Of a DNA stretch of 64,000 nt, positions 9,114 to 19,832 are shown in pieces. Location: assembly GCA_025920425.1 (NCBI GenBank), contig JAPDLS010000001.1, forward strand, positions 227,449 to 291,448, written 5' to 3'. A model generated the notes under the pieces. It had not been told where the DNA came from and did no database searches. It worked only from the letters and a program-made list of their open reading frames with translations. The DNA comes from Candidatus Haiyanarchaeum thermophilum (GTDB lineage Archaea; Nanobdellota; Nanobdellia; JAPDLS01; Haiyanarchaeaceae). A program made the translations under genes and the position numbers. Position 1 is the first letter of the stretch. The number at the start of each line of letters is the position of its first letter.

Positions 9114-10378
9114 GGATACTTACGAGTAGGTGTCCTAGGAAATGGGATTGCGTCTAATACGCTTTCAAGATCAAGGAGCCAAGTCAACAATCTCTCTATT
9201 CCCATCCCAAATCCTCCATGGGGAATGCTCCCATATCTCCTCAGATCCAAATACCACTCATACTCCTTAGGATTCATCCCGAATTCTCTAATCCTCTCAA
9301 TTAATTCCTCCTCGTCATCTATCCTTTCACTTCCTGAGCTAAGCTCTCCTATTCTTGGTACAAGGAGATCTACAGATTTCACCAGCTCCTTGTTGTTCTC
9401 ATAGGCCTTGCAATAAAATGCCCTAATCTTTCTTGGGTAGGCATATACAAACACAGGACCATCTTTGGCAAGAAATTTCTCCTCTTTAAAGCCTAAATCA
9501 TCTCCAAATTGGAGTTTGAATCCTCCCTCATTAAGTATCTTCAGAGCTTCATCATATGTCATCCTCCTAAAGGGCTTATTTAGCTTCTCCAGCTTCTCTA
9601 AATTTACCTTAAGTACCTCAAGCTCATCTTTACATTCCTCCAAAGTCCGCTTACATATTTCATATACCAGGTTTTCTTCCATTCTCATTATTTCATCAAT
9701 GGTAGCAAATGCCCACTCAGCTTCAGCATGCCAGTATTCTGTGAGGTGTCGGATCGTCCTAGATTTCTCAGCCCTAAAGCTTGGGGCAATGGTATAGATC
9801 TTGTCTATAGTAAAGATCAATGCTTCTGCATAGAGTTGCCAACTTTGGGTAAGGAATGCCTTATCATCGAAATATTTCACCTCAAAGAGAGTTGCTCCTC
9901 CCTCGCATGCTCCCGATACTATCATAGGAGGAGAAATCTCAATGAAACCATTTCTTTCAAAGAATTCCCGTATGAATTTCATTACTTTGCTCCTCACCCT
10001 GAAAATTGCACTCATTCTCCTACTCCTTATGGAGAGATGTCTTATATCTAGTAAGAAGGCCTTACTTACATCTCTACTTATCGGAAATCTCTCTGCTAAA
10101 TGAATTATCTCCAGATCATCCACTATCACCTCAAATCCTCCAGGAGCTCTCATGTCCTGATGAAGTATTCCCCTCGCCCTAATGCTGGATTCTATTGTAA
10201 CTCGCTCAGCTGTTTCAAATGCTTTACTCCCTCTCTTCACCACCAATTGAATTATTCCCTTTGCATCCCTAAGTACTATAAAGATCTTATCCTTAAATTC
10301 TCTCTTCCTATAAACCCAACCGAATAAGCTTACTTCAGCCCCCTCTCTCGCAGTTTTGAGTACATCACTAGTGTACAT
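9110..10378 (-). CDS. aspS: aspartyl-tRNA synthetase (class IIb, archaeal type; Asp/Asn assignment not fully resolved)
   Basis: 422 aa. N-terminal OB anticodon-binding domain, class II motif 2 FRAEKSRTIRHLTEYWHAEAE, motif 3 GGFGMGIERL. Confidence 0.8.
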   Translation of the reverse strand: MYTSDVLKTAREGAEVSLFGWVYRKREFKDKIFIVLRDAKGIIQLVVKRGSKAFETAERVTIESSIRARGILHQDMRAPGGFEVIVDDLEIIHLAERFPISRDVSKAFLLDIRHLSIRSRRMSAIFRVRSKVMKFIREFFERNGFIEISPPMIVSGACEGGATLFEVKYFDDKAFLTQSWQLYAEALIFTIDKIYTIAPSFRAEKSRTIRHLTEYWHAEAEWAFATIDEIMRMEENLVYEICKRTLEECKDELEVLKVNLEKLEKLNKPFRRMTYDEALKILNEGGFKLQFGDDLGFKEEKFLAKDGPVFVYAYPRKIRAFYCKAYENNKELVKSVDLLVPRIGELSSGSERIDDEEELIERIREFGMNPKEYEWYLDLRRYGSIPHGGFGMGIERLLTWLLDLESVLDAIPFPRTPTRKYP

Positions 10379-10394
10379 AGTTTAAACCAAAAGC

Positions 10395-11045
10395 CTAATT
10401 TTTATAAATCTTCTCAAAATACCAAATTCCTGCATCGAATTTGTGGAATTTTTTCCTGTGATACCAAATACAATGCTTAAGTCTGAATTCAAACCTATGG
10501 AGAAGGTGTGATGAAAAACCAAACTCCTTGGCAAATTTTTCGTAAAATTTGATAGAAGTGATCTTGTGAATGCTATATACTTTATTCGCAATTTCAAATG
10601 CTTTCCTCAGAAAAATTCTGTCATAGTGCTTCCGCTTTATTCCAAATGGAGGATTCATGATTACTACATCCACTTTCTGGGAAAAATCTTCTATATTCAT
10701 GCAGAGAAAATCGATTCTGCTCATCTCATACCTAGATTTCAACTCCTCATAGTTGCTTTTAGCTACTTCTATAGCTCTTGGATCTATTTCTATTGCCACA
10801 ACTTTCCTAGCTCCGAGAAGGGCGCTGCCTATTGCTAGAATTCCATTTCCGCACCCAAGATCTGCTACCAATTTCCCCTTTAAATCACCTCTTTGATAAG
10901 CTATCCAAAGTAATTGACCTGCGACCTCACTAGGTGTAGTATACTGTTCCCACCTTACATATCTCTTCTCAAGATCTTTAAGCCTTGATAAGATTATCTC
11001 CAATTCCTTCTTAGACTTCATTGCTTGAAGAGTTCCCTTACACAC
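10395..11045 (-). CDS. SAM-dependent RNA methyltransferase (COG2263/METTL5-like, NPPF motif)
   Basis: SAM motif [13 protein letters not shown], catalytic VIMNPPFG. Confidence 0.6.
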   Translation of the reverse strand: MCKGTLQAMKSKKELEIILSRLKDLEKRYVRWEQYTTPSEVAGQLLWIAYQRGDLKGKLVADLGCGNGILAIGSALLGARKVVAIEIDPRAIEVAKSNYEELKSRYEMSRIDFLCMNIEDFSQKVDVVIMNPPFGIKRKHYDRIFLRKAFEIANKVYSIHKITSIKFYEKFAKEFGFSSHLLHRFEFRLKHCIWYHRKKFHKFDAGIWYFEKIYKN

Positions 11046-12871
11046 TTCTCAACAGTTGGATATTCTGCTCTTCCCCTTAACTCCTTCATCGCGATGTTCA
11101 GAGCTCTTTGAAGTCCAAGCTCCTTCAAATTTTTCCCAGCGAATAGCTCTCTAATTATTTTCCTCACCTCACATTTACTTAGCTTGGTAAGCTTCCTCTT
11201 AACAATTATCTCTGAAATCTCCTCTCCAGTTTTCAGAAATTCCTCCAAGACCAACTCACATGCTTCAAATACGATCTTATCTTCACTCAAAAGTCGAAGT
11301 AATTGCTTTATATCCTCTTTTCTAACCTGTGATACATCTAAACCTTTCTTCTTGAGGTTCTCCAACGAATTGAATAGCAACTTCGCTATTAAACTACCCC
11401 TCACCCCTTTGAATTCTTTCACCAGCTCCTCAAACCATTCAAGTTTTTCAGACCTAACTATCTGCTGAGCTAGCTCAGGGGAAAGACCAAGTTTGATGAA
11501 CTTCTTTATTTTCTCTTCAGGAGTCTCTGGCAATCTACTGGTAAGCATTTCTCTCTTAATTTTTACAGGAGGTAAGTCAGTTTCAGGATACATTCTACTA
11601 GCACCTGGTAACTTCCTCATGAATCTTGTAGTTAAATCCTCTTTTACTCCACGTACTTCATTTATTCCCCCATATTTGATAAGCTCAATCAATCTTTCAT
11701 ATGCCAATCTCAGTGCTTCAATAGCCTCTTCTTCCTTTCCGAAGATGAGAATGAAATTATCGTTTTCCTTAGACTTTATGTGCTCCTCTATCCTAAGAAC
11801 TTCAGTTTCACTGATCCCATATCCGGGCAATTCATCCCTATGAATGAAACCCTTTATCCTTGAGAAACTCGATATGTACTCGAGAATCTCTTGGGCTAAT
11901 CTTTTATTTGGTTGAATCTCCCACTTCATAAGTCCTCTGAAATCGGGGATTTTCATGCATAATACTTTCCCTCCACTATTCAGGGTTTTCCTTATCATCT
12001 CACACTTGGTATTGGTGAATATGTGAGATATGTCTTTACATTCAAATTTATGTCGAAGTAAGTGAGAATATCTCTGTGAGAGTTCATCTAAACTCAGCTG
12101 ACGAAGTATCTCATTTTCTATTATCTTTTCTAGATGTCTTAGATCCTGTACCCCTTTGATCTCTACTCTCCCCTTTCCCCTTACTGATACATTTACATCC
12201 TGCCTGATCGTGCCTATCCCCCTCTTCACTTTACCAGTCATCCTGAGGAGTAGGCCTATTCGCTCGGCACATTCTCTAGCCTCTTTCGGAGTACTCATAT
12301 CTGGCTCTGTCCTTATCTCTACGAGGGGTATTCCAAGTCTATCAAGTCTAAATACTTGCTCCTCTTCCCCTTCTGAGATTTTCCTAGCAGCCTCTTCTTC
12401 AAGTGCCAATAGGGAAATTCTCACTTTTCCAAATGAGCATTCTATATAGCCATTTTCTGCTACGAGCATGGTGCGTTGGAATCCTGAAACATTGCTTCCA
12501 TCTATTACTACTTTCCTCATCACGCACAATTCATCAAATATCTTCATGTGTAACATTCTAGCTATCTCTACAGCTATAGCCAGTGCCTCTTCATTTACTT
12601 GGTGAGGAGGTTCCTCATCTAGTTCTACTAAACAAGTTGTATCTGAATATGCCTCATAAATAAACTTCTTCCTCCGTATTTCCTCTTCCTTCGCAGCTAT
12701 ATCTACTTCCCCAAGCTCTCCAGCGACAGCCCTCAATCTTCTGCGTATTCTGATATCTGGAGGATCATTTCTCAGAATACTTGGGCAACTACAGAAGAGT
12801 TTATGTGTATCTAATTGTTGATGAATTTCCAACCCTATCTTCACACCGAGCTTCTTGTAATCTATCCCCAT
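11018..12871 (-). CDS. gatE: Glu-tRNA(Gln) amidotransferase subunit E
   Basis: 617 aa. Archaeal-specific GatE architecture (GatB-like catalytic core with insertion plus C-terminal YqeY-like tail). Adjacent to gatD. Confidence 0.85.
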   Translation of the reverse strand: MGIDYKKLGVKIGLEIHQQLDTHKLFCSCPSILRNDPPDIRIRRRLRAVAGELGEVDIAAKEEEIRRKKFIYEAYSDTTCLVELDEEPPHQVNEEALAIAVEIARMLHMKIFDELCVMRKVVIDGSNVSGFQRTMLVAENGYIECSFGKVRISLLALEEEAARKISEGEEEQVFRLDRLGIPLVEIRTEPDMSTPKEARECAERIGLLLRMTGKVKRGIGTIRQDVNVSVRGKGRVEIKGVQDLRHLEKIIENEILRQLSLDELSQRYSHLLRHKFECKDISHIFTNTKCEMIRKTLNSGGKVLCMKIPDFRGLMKWEIQPNKRLAQEILEYISSFSRIKGFIHRDELPGYGISETEVLRIEEHIKSKENDNFILIFGKEEEAIEALRLAYERLIELIKYGGINEVRGVKEDLTTRFMRKLPGASRMYPETDLPPVKIKREMLTSRLPETPEEKIKKFIKLGLSPELAQQIVRSEKLEWFEELVKEFKGVRGSLIAKLLFNSLENLKKKGLDVSQVRKEDIKQLLRLLSEDKIVFEACELVLEEFLKTGEEISEIIVKRKLTKLSKCEVRKIIRELFAGKNLKELGLQRALNIAMKELRGRAEYPTVEKCVRELFKQ

Positions 12872-12872
12872 T

Positions 12873-13202
12873 TTAAAACATGCTTGGATTTATTAATAGA
12901 AATCCCATATCTATCATCGTATACTCTAAATTAAATTTCTCATCATATTCCTTAAGAAATTTGATGAAGAGCTCAGGGCTCAATTCTCCAGAGCTTACTG
13001 GATATGAGCTGAGATTATAGACCTTCACGTTATATTTCTTATGGAGTTCATCAAAACTCTCCCTAATTCCAGAAATGAGATTTACAAACTCAGGTTCAAG
13101 ACTCTCACTCCTGAGGATTGAGAATTTTACCTTCTTCAGTTGCAGTACTTCTAAGATCTTCTCCAATTTATCAAAAAGTTCCGGCTTGATCATGGAACTC
13201 AC
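12873..13202 (-). CDS. hypothetical protein (109 aa) between gatD and gatE
   Basis: Only an ORF, tightly packed (overlaps the gatD stop region). No recognisable motif. Confidence 0.3.
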   Translation of the reverse strand: MSSMIKPELFDKLEKILEVLQLKKVKFSILRSESLEPEFVNLISGIRESFDELHKKYNVKVYNLSSYPVSSGELSPELFIKFLKEYDEKFNLEYTMIDMGFLLINPSMF

Positions 13203-14454
13203 TCCTCTCCTTTAATTCTCCAGCCATGTTCGTAAGCATTAATTTCTTTACTTCATCCAAGTCCTTAGTTTTTCCCAGCACATAAATTAATTTACAGTAG
13301 GCTACTTCAGGTAGCATATCCTCGCAGTAAATTGCCTTTCCTACCATTGAAACCAGCCTCAGATTTCTATAAACATATGGGTTCGTCCTCCCAAATAAAC
13401 ATTGAGATGTAATACAAACGGCTACTCCCTCCTCATATGCTCTCTTAAGCTTAGGGATGAAGGAGTATTTCTTGAAAGAAGTTGGTACGTGCCCAAGCCC
13501 TGTGCCAGCTATTACTATTCCTTTATAACCTCTATCTATAAAAAAATCTATTATTCCTGGATCAGCTCCGGGATAAGAGTAAATTAATGCTACTCTCGGC
13601 TCAAGCTTTAAATCCAACTTAATCCTAGATTCATCTCTCCTTCTATATGTATTAAGGAACTCTACCTTTCCATCGGAGAAGACCTTAGCTATAGGTTTAT
13701 CATTAATGCTCTGAAAGGCGTCTCTCCTTGAAGTATGCATCTTCCTAACCCTACAACCACGATGCAGATAACAGAAATCATCGTGTGATGAACCATGCAT
13801 ACATACCATTACTTCAGCAATATCTAAAGTGGCTGCCTTCACTGAACAGATGAGGTTGAGGAAAGCATCGCTCGAACCCCGATCGCTGCTTCTTTGAGAG
13901 CCAGTAAGCACTACTGGCTTATTCAGATTTCTTAACACGAAGCTGAGAATGGCTGAGGTGAAATGCATCGTATCAGTACCATGAGTTACCACTACCCCAT
14001 CCACATCTTCTTTTGTTAGCTCCTCAAATACTGCCCTTGCTATTCTCTTCCATAATCCTACGTGCATATCCTCGCTCATCACTTGCATTACTACTTTGCT
14101 TCTTAACTGAGCAAGTTTGAGGAGCTCAGGTACAGTGGCTAAGATATCAGAAAGCTCAAAACTGGCATGCACACCTCCGCTTAAATAATCTACTCTACTA
14201 GCAATTGTCCCTCCAGTAGATAGAATTGAGACCACAGGTAGACTCTCCTCAAACTTTATCTCTTTCCCTCTCTCCTGTTTGGGTTGAGGTAACTTTTTAA
14301 TCCGTTTAATTTGTTTTACTTGGCTCTTCCTTATCCTAATGTTGTAGCCATTTTCCAACTTCAGAATAATAAAACCTCTGTCAAAGATCTCTCCGGATGG
14401 CAACAGAATTCCTCTGTACTTGCCCGTCTTAGTTATTACCTCCACCAATTCCAT
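13171..14454 (-). CDS. gatD: Glu-tRNA(Gln) amidotransferase subunit D (asparaginase-like)
   Basis: 427 aa. Asparaginase signature ILSTGGTIAS and downstream TDTM/HGTDTM motif. N-terminal GatD-specific extension. Confidence 0.85.
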   Translation of the reverse strand: MELVEVITKTGKYRGILLPSGEIFDRGFIILKLENGYNIRIRKSQVKQIKRIKKLPQPKQERGKEIKFEESLPVVSILSTGGTIASRVDYLSGGVHASFELSDILATVPELLKLAQLRSKVVMQVMSEDMHVGLWKRIARAVFEELTKEDVDGVVVTHGTDTMHFTSAILSFVLRNLNKPVVLTGSQRSSDRGSSDAFLNLICSVKAATLDIAEVMVCMHGSSHDDFCYLHRGCRVRKMHTSRRDAFQSINDKPIAKVFSDGKVEFLNTYRRRDESRIKLDLKLEPRVALIYSYPGADPGIIDFFIDRGYKGIVIAGTGLGHVPTSFKKYSFIPKLKRAYEEGVAVCITSQCLFGRTNPYVYRNLRLVSMVGKAIYCEDMLPEVAYCKLIYVLGKTKDLDEVKKLMLTNMAGELKERSEFHDQAGTF

Positions 14455-14650
14455 GTTTTGTAGATGGAATTTAAGTTTTTAACATTTATCACTATTCACC
14501 AGTAATTAATTGCTATCTTTCTCCCAATGCAGAAAATTTTTTAAGTATAGATCTTCACAGCAGAGTTAACTCTAGAAGTTGACCCCCCAGAACTCGTTCT
14601 TAGCTAGAATAAAGAGTGTAAAACAAATTTAAAAAGTTTTCGATGGTGAG

Positions 14651-15730
14651 GTGTACAAAATGGAATCCATAATCGAAAATGCATTGAAGCAAGCCAAGCA
14701 AGAAGTAAACTTCGAAGCATTGATTGCAGGCCAAGCCAACATCAAAGTAATTGGTGTAGGAGGAGCTGGAAATAACATGGTGGATTGGCTATATCACAAG
14801 GGTGTGAAGGGAGCTAAGATTATAGCATGCAATACAGATAAAGTGCAGCTCGACACGAGAGATGCGGATATCAAGATCATCCTGGGAAAGGAACTTACCA
14901 AAGGTCTGGGAGCAGGAGGATATCCTGAAATTGGAGAGCAAGCTGCTAGAGAAAGTCAGCAGGAGATCAAGGAAGCTCTCCGAGGAGCCGATATGGTCTG
15001 GATCTGCGCAGGACTTGGAGGGGGAACTGGAACTGGAGCTTCTCCAGTGATTGCCCAAATTGCAAAGGAACTTGGAGCAATAGTGATAGGAGTAGTTACC
15101 ATGCCATTCAACATAGAGAGAGCTAGAATAGATAAGGCAGAAATTGGACTGCAGAAGCTTAGGGAAATCTGTGATACTGTAATTGTGATAGACAACAATA
15201 GGCTTGTGGAAATAGCTGGAAGTCTACCAATTACTCAAGCATTCGCTGTAGCTAACGAGCTCATAGCCACCATGATCAAGGGAATAGTGGAAACCATAGC
15301 TATTCCAAGCCTAGTGAACTTAGACTTCGCAGATGTAAAGGCTATAATGAAGAAGGGAGGAGTAAGTGTGATAGGAGTCGGAGAAAGTTCAACTGAGAAT
15401 AGGGTACAGGAAGCTGTGAAGAGGGCATTGGAGCATCCGCTACTAGATGTAAGTTATGAAGGAGCTACTGGAGCTCTCATCCATATTACTGGCGGTCCAG
15501 ACCTTACATTGGAGGAAGTGAATAGGATAGGAGAACTCGTTACGGCAAGCATAGATCCCAATGCTACTGTAATTTGGGGAGCAAGGATCCAGGACGATAT
15601 GGCTGGAAAGCTCAGAGTGATGACTATTGTCACAGGAGTAAAATCTCCATACATCCTTGGACCAATGAAGACTCAGAAGGTTGAGGGAAGAGAATTGAAT
15701 GAAGATTTAGGAATCTCAGTTATTCGCTGA
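14651..15730 (+). CDS. ftsZ: cell division GTPase FtsZ
   Basis: Tubulin signature [20 protein letters not shown] nucleotide loop, NTD. ~355 aa. Confidence 0.9.
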   Translation: MYKMESIIENALKQAKQEVNFEALIAGQANIKVIGVGGAGNNMVDWLYHKGVKGAKIIACNTDKVQLDTRDADIKIILGKELTKGLGAGGYPEIGEQAARESQQEIKEALRGADMVWICAGLGGGTGTGASPVIAQIAKELGAIVIGVVTMPFNIERARIDKAEIGLQKLREICDTVIVIDNNRLVEIAGSLPITQAFAVANELIATMIKGIVETIAIPSLVNLDFADVKAIMKKGGVSVIGVGESSTENRVQEAVKRALEHPLLDVSYEGATGALIHITGGPDLTLEEVNRIGELVTASIDPNATVIWGARIQDDMAGKLRVMTIVTGVKSPYILGPMKTQKVEGRELNEDLGISVIR

Positions 15731-15761
15731 TCATGCTCATTCTAGCACCCCCACCCTTTTT

Positions 15762-16289
15762 TTATTTTTTTCCAAACTCCTCAAAAAACACCACTTCTTC
15801 TAAAGGAAGCCTCCTGGGCTTGATGGTTTTCTCAGCGGGATAACCTATTGGAATAAGAGCATGTACTTCTATTTCTGGAGGTATATTCAAGATATGTTTC
15901 ACTGCTGTCTCATCAAACGCACCAACCCAACATGAGCCCAATCCGAGAGCAGTAGCTGCTAAAAGCATATTCTCTATTGCTGCTGCGCAATTCTGGATAG
16001 CATATAGTCTACCTCTCTCCCCATATCTCATGGTGACCCTACTAGTCTTCGAACATACAGCTATAATTACGTCTGCTGTTGTCATCCACATCTGGCCTAG
16101 AGCCGCCTCAGCTAACTGGAGCTTCTTTTTCCTGTCTCTCACCAGGATGAAAAGCCAATTCTGCAAATCTCCTGAACTTGGGGCATGTATGGCTGCCTCC
16201 AATATCTTCGATATTTTCTCATCTTCTACAGCTCTGTTTAGAAAACTCCTAACACTTCTCCTCCTAAAGATACACTCAAATACGTCCAT
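15762..16289 (-). CDS. nitroreductase-family flavoprotein
   Basis: 175 aa. RRSVRSF...I..ILEAA..APS.G..Q.W.F pattern typical of NfnB/NADH oxidase-like nitroreductases. Confidence 0.75.
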   Translation of the reverse strand: MDVFECIFRRRSVRSFLNRAVEDEKISKILEAAIHAPSSGDLQNWLFILVRDRKKKLQLAEAALGQMWMTTADVIIAVCSKTSRVTMRYGERGRLYAIQNCAAAIENMLLAATALGLGSCWVGAFDETAVKHILNIPPEIEVHALIPIGYPAEKTIKPRRLPLEEVVFFEEFGKK

Positions 16290-16370
16290 AAGTTTGGATA
16301 GAACATTTTATAGTTAAAAAACCTATGCTTAACATAAAAATAAAATATTTCCCCCTCCTGTATTTTTATT

Positions 16371-18092
16371 ATGAAATTCGCTGAGGTAGTTAAGGTCTAT
16401 AAACAGCTCGAATCAACTACTAAAAGACTAGAGCTTACCTCTGTGGTAGAAAACTTCCTCAAACAAGTAGATACAAAATATCTTCCGAAAGTCCTGCTTC
16501 TCTTGAGCGGGGAGATCTTTCCTAAGTATACTGGGAAGGAAATAGGTGTGGCTTCTCAACTCTTGATTAGAGCTATTAGCATATCTACTGGCTTCTCGGA
16601 GGAGAAGATCAACGAGTTGTTCAAGAAGACTGGGGATTTAGGAATGGCAACTGAGGAAGCCGTAAAGGCTAGGAAGCAGTACCTCCTATTAACTAGAGAG
16701 CTTACGTTAGATAAGTTATTTGAGAATCTAGAAAAATGTGCAGAGCTCACTGGCCCAAGGACGGTGGATAGAAAGATAGGGCTGGTAGCAGAGCTTCTTT
16801 CTAATGCATCTGCCGAGGAAGCTAAATATGTGGTAAGACTGATCCTCGGGGAGCTAAGGGTGGGTGTAGCTGAAGGGATCATAAGAGATGCTATCGCTAG
16901 AGCTTTTCTAGTTAAGGATCCATCAAACAGGGAGGAATTGGAGAAAGCTATAGAAGCCGTAGATTATGCTTGGAATGTAACCTCAGATTTCGGAGAGGTA
17001 GCCAAAATTGCAAAAGAACAGGGAATTCAGGGATTGCTCAAGGTAAAGCCGATTTTAGGAAAACCTATCCAGCTCATGCTTGGAGAAAAAGCCCCAAATA
17101 TCGAGGAAGTGGTAAGGGAGTTCGGAAAAGTAGCTGCAGAATGGAAATACGATGGGGCGAGGGCTCAGTGCCACAAGAAAGGAGATAGGATCTGGATCTT
17201 CACGAGGAGGTTGGAGGATGTAACTACTCAATTCCCAGAGGTAGTAGAGATGTGCAGAAGGTGCTTAATTCCTAACGAATGTATTGTAGAGGGTGAAATC
17301 TTAGCCATAGATCCCAGAACTCAATCCCCACTTCCCTTCCAAGTATTGAGCCAGAGAATTCATAGGAAATATGAAATAGATAAGATGGTAAGGGAAATCC
17401 CAATCCAAGTAAATCTCTTCGATGTAGTATATGTAGACGGCAAAGTGCTCTTCAATATTCCATTCCTCGAGAGGAGGAAGATCTTGGAAAAAATAGTGAA
17501 AGTGGAGGAAGGCAAATTCCAACTGGCTAAACAGATAATAACCGATGATCTGAAGGAATTAGAGGAATTCTATCAAGAAGCTCTTAATGCCAAGCAGGAG
17601 GGCATATTTCTCAAAGTATTAAATTCTACCTACATGTTCGGTAGGAGGGTTGGAGGATGGTACAAGATAAAACCTATAATGGAAACTCTCGATCTAGTAA
17701 TAGTTGGAGCTAGTTGGGGAACAGGTAAGAGAGCTGGCTGGCTTGGCTCATTTGTACTAGCATGCAGGGATGAGGTAACAGGCAAATTCTTGGAATGTGG
17801 AATGCTGGGGACTGGAATAAAGGAAAAGAAAGAGGAAATTACCGACGTAACATTTGAGGAACTTACCAATCTGCTCAAACCACATATCGTGGCTGAGAAG
17901 GGAACTGAAGTGAGAATAGCTCCGAAGTTAGTGATAGAGGTAGCTTATCAAGAAATTCAGAGGTCCCCCCACTACGCTAGCGGTTTTGCACTCAGGTTTC
18001 CAAGGCTGGTGAGAATAAGATTTGATAAATCTCCAGAAGAATGTGATACCTTGGAGAGGGTTAAGGCCCTTTATGAAATGCAGAAAAAGTGA
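16371..18092 (+). CDS. lig: ATP-dependent DNA ligase
   Basis: 573 aa. Adenylation motif I EWKYDGARAQ (KxDG), OB-fold domain, motif VI-like C-terminus. Confidence 0.9.
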   Translation: MKFAEVVKVYKQLESTTKRLELTSVVENFLKQVDTKYLPKVLLLLSGEIFPKYTGKEIGVASQLLIRAISISTGFSEEKINELFKKTGDLGMATEEAVKARKQYLLLTRELTLDKLFENLEKCAELTGPRTVDRKIGLVAELLSNASAEEAKYVVRLILGELRVGVAEGIIRDAIARAFLVKDPSNREELEKAIEAVDYAWNVTSDFGEVAKIAKEQGIQGLLKVKPILGKPIQLMLGEKAPNIEEVVREFGKVAAEWKYDGARAQCHKKGDRIWIFTRRLEDVTTQFPEVVEMCRRCLIPNECIVEGEILAIDPRTQSPLPFQVLSQRIHRKYEIDKMVREIPIQVNLFDVVYVDGKVLFNIPFLERRKILEKIVKVEEGKFQLAKQIITDDLKELEEFYQEALNAKQEGIFLKVLNSTYMFGRRVGGWYKIKPIMETLDLVIVGASWGTGKRAGWLGSFVLACRDEVTGKFLECGMLGTGIKEKKEEITDVTFEELTNLLKPHIVAEKGTEVRIAPKLVIEVAYQEIQRSPHYASGFALRFPRLVRIRFDKSPEECDTLERVKALYEMQKK

Positions 18093-18141
18093 AAAGGAGA
18101 AGATTTATAAGGATGAAATTTAATATTATAAACGTTTATTA

Positions 18142-18957
18142 TTGGAAGGTGGAAAAATGGTAGTAAGCGAAGACCTGCTTGCGAGACTTAGGAAAATTTT
18201 CGATCTAAATCTGTATGAAGTTAAGATCTGGACTGCGCTCTTAAGTAAAGGAGTAAGCACCGCTGGAGAACTCAGTGAAATTTCTGGAGTTCCAAGATCT
18301 AGGACGTATGATATCCTCGAGAGCTTAGAGAGAAAGGGATTCGTGATCATGAAGCTAGGAAAACCCACTAAGTTCATAGCAGTCCCTCCATCTGAGGTAA
18401 TAGAGAGGTTTAAGAAGGTAGTAATGGAAGAAGCAGAGAGGAAGTTGCAGCTAATAGACAAGATAAGGGAAACAGAAGTCTTCCAGGAGCTCAATAAGCT
18501 CTATGAGAAGGGGGAAGAATATGTAAAAGCTGAGGAGATAAGTGCAATGTTGAGAGGAAGCCTTAATGTCTATAGTCAACTTAGCGATCTTATGAAAAAG
18601 GCTCAAAAGAAGATATACATCGTAAGCTCTGAGGAAGGAATTATAAGAAAGGTGGAGAAATTGCTTCCTGTACTCCAAAAGGTAAGGAACAAAGGGATCA
18701 AGATCAAAGTAGCATTCCCTATCACCGAAAAGAACAGAGAAGTAGTTGAGGAGCTGAAAAAGGCTGCAGAAGTGAAGAACTTAAAGGATGTGAATGCTAG
18801 ATTCTGCGTGATTGATGGTAAATATGTTGTATTTTTCCCTACCCCAGATACAGTAAGCCCAAACTTTGAAACAGCCATCTTAGTCAACAGCGAACATTTG
18901 GGAAAAGCATTAGATTATATGTTCGAGAATCTCTGGGAACAGCTGAAGAAGAGTTAA
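18142..18957 (+). CDS. TrmB-family transcriptional regulator
   Basis: 271 aa. N-terminal wHTH LLSKGVSTAGELSEISGVPRSRTYDILESLERKGFV, coiled-coil linker, C-terminal effector-domain-sized region. Confidence 0.6.
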   Translation: MEGGKMVVSEDLLARLRKIFDLNLYEVKIWTALLSKGVSTAGELSEISGVPRSRTYDILESLERKGFVIMKLGKPTKFIAVPPSEVIERFKKVVMEEAERKLQLIDKIRETEVFQELNKLYEKGEEYVKAEEISAMLRGSLNVYSQLSDLMKKAQKKIYIVSSEEGIIRKVEKLLPVLQKVRNKGIKIKVAFPITEKNREVVEELKKAAEVKNLKDVNARFCVIDGKYVVFFPTPDTVSPNFETAILVNSEHLGKALDYMFENLWEQLKKS

Positions 18958-19796
18958 GCCATTAATCTCAGTAAGGGAGAAGATGGAAAAAGAGAAAACA
19001 GAAGTTTCCACAAATCCAATCTCTCCTCAAAGCCTTTAAATCTTACCTCCTTCACTTTGCTCAACTCCTTAACCATCTCTTTTACTTCTTTCTCACTCCC
19101 CAACTTGTCTACAAGTCTGAGCTCGAGAGCCCTCTTACCTAAGAAAATTGATCCATCTGCTATCTCTGCTACATAGCTCTCATTCAACCCCCTATTTCGA
19201 GCCACATCTTGGATAAACTTCCTATGGATTTCCCTCACTATTTCCATGAAAATATTTATTTCCTCCTCAGTGGGTTTCTTGAACGGGGAGCCTATGTCCT
19301 TTCTTTCCCCTGAGACGATTCTGATATATGATATGTTATATCTCTCCAAAAATCCTGAGAACTCTAAGTAACTGGCAGTAACTCCGATGCTCCCTGTGAG
19401 ACTAAAATCATTAGCTATTATCTTGTCACAGTAGGTAGCAATCCAGTATGCCCCTGATGTACCCATTTCCCTAATCCAAGCCACTTTGGGCTTATTTATC
19501 TCCGAAAGTTTCCTTATCACCTCATCTATAGCTACTACGCTCCCTCCAGGAGAATTTATCTCGAGCACGATCGCCATAATGTTCGGATCTCCTGCTGCAA
19601 GCTCTAGTTGTCTTACTATCTCTACACTGCTTACACCTCCAAAAATTGAACTATCACTATTTATTTCCCCAATTATCCTTATTAACGCCACATTCTCCAC
19701 TTTCCTCAGGCTAATTGTGAAAAGGAAGAGAATGAATAGAGTTACCGCACATAGAAGGAGAAGGAATGCCTTTCCCCTTATCTTCCTTTGCCTCAT
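18954..19796 (-). CDS. sppA: signal peptide peptidase SppA (S49 family, 36K type)
   Basis: N-terminal TM anchor, ClpP/crotonase fold, GTSGAYWIA...GSIGV serine protease motif. Confidence 0.75.
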   Translation of the reverse strand: MRQRKIRGKAFLLLLCAVTLFILFLFTISLRKVENVALIRIIGEINSDSSIFGGVSSVEIVRQLELAAGDPNIMAIVLEINSPGGSVVAIDEVIRKLSEINKPKVAWIREMGTSGAYWIATYCDKIIANDFSLTGSIGVTASYLEFSGFLERYNISYIRIVSGERKDIGSPFKKPTEEEINIFMEIVREIHRKFIQDVARNRGLNESYVAEIADGSIFLGKRALELRLVDKLGSEKEVKEMVKELSKVKEVRFKGFEERLDLWKLLFSLFPSSPLLRLMA

Positions 19797-19832
19797 CTTG
19801 GAAGCGAGAGCTATACAACTTTATAAACCTTT

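Noticed and set aside
9465-10327. Plus-strand ORFs inside aspS (9465..9797, 9728..10051, 10100..10327)
   Set aside because: Antisense shadow ORFs within a confidently assigned aaRS gene.
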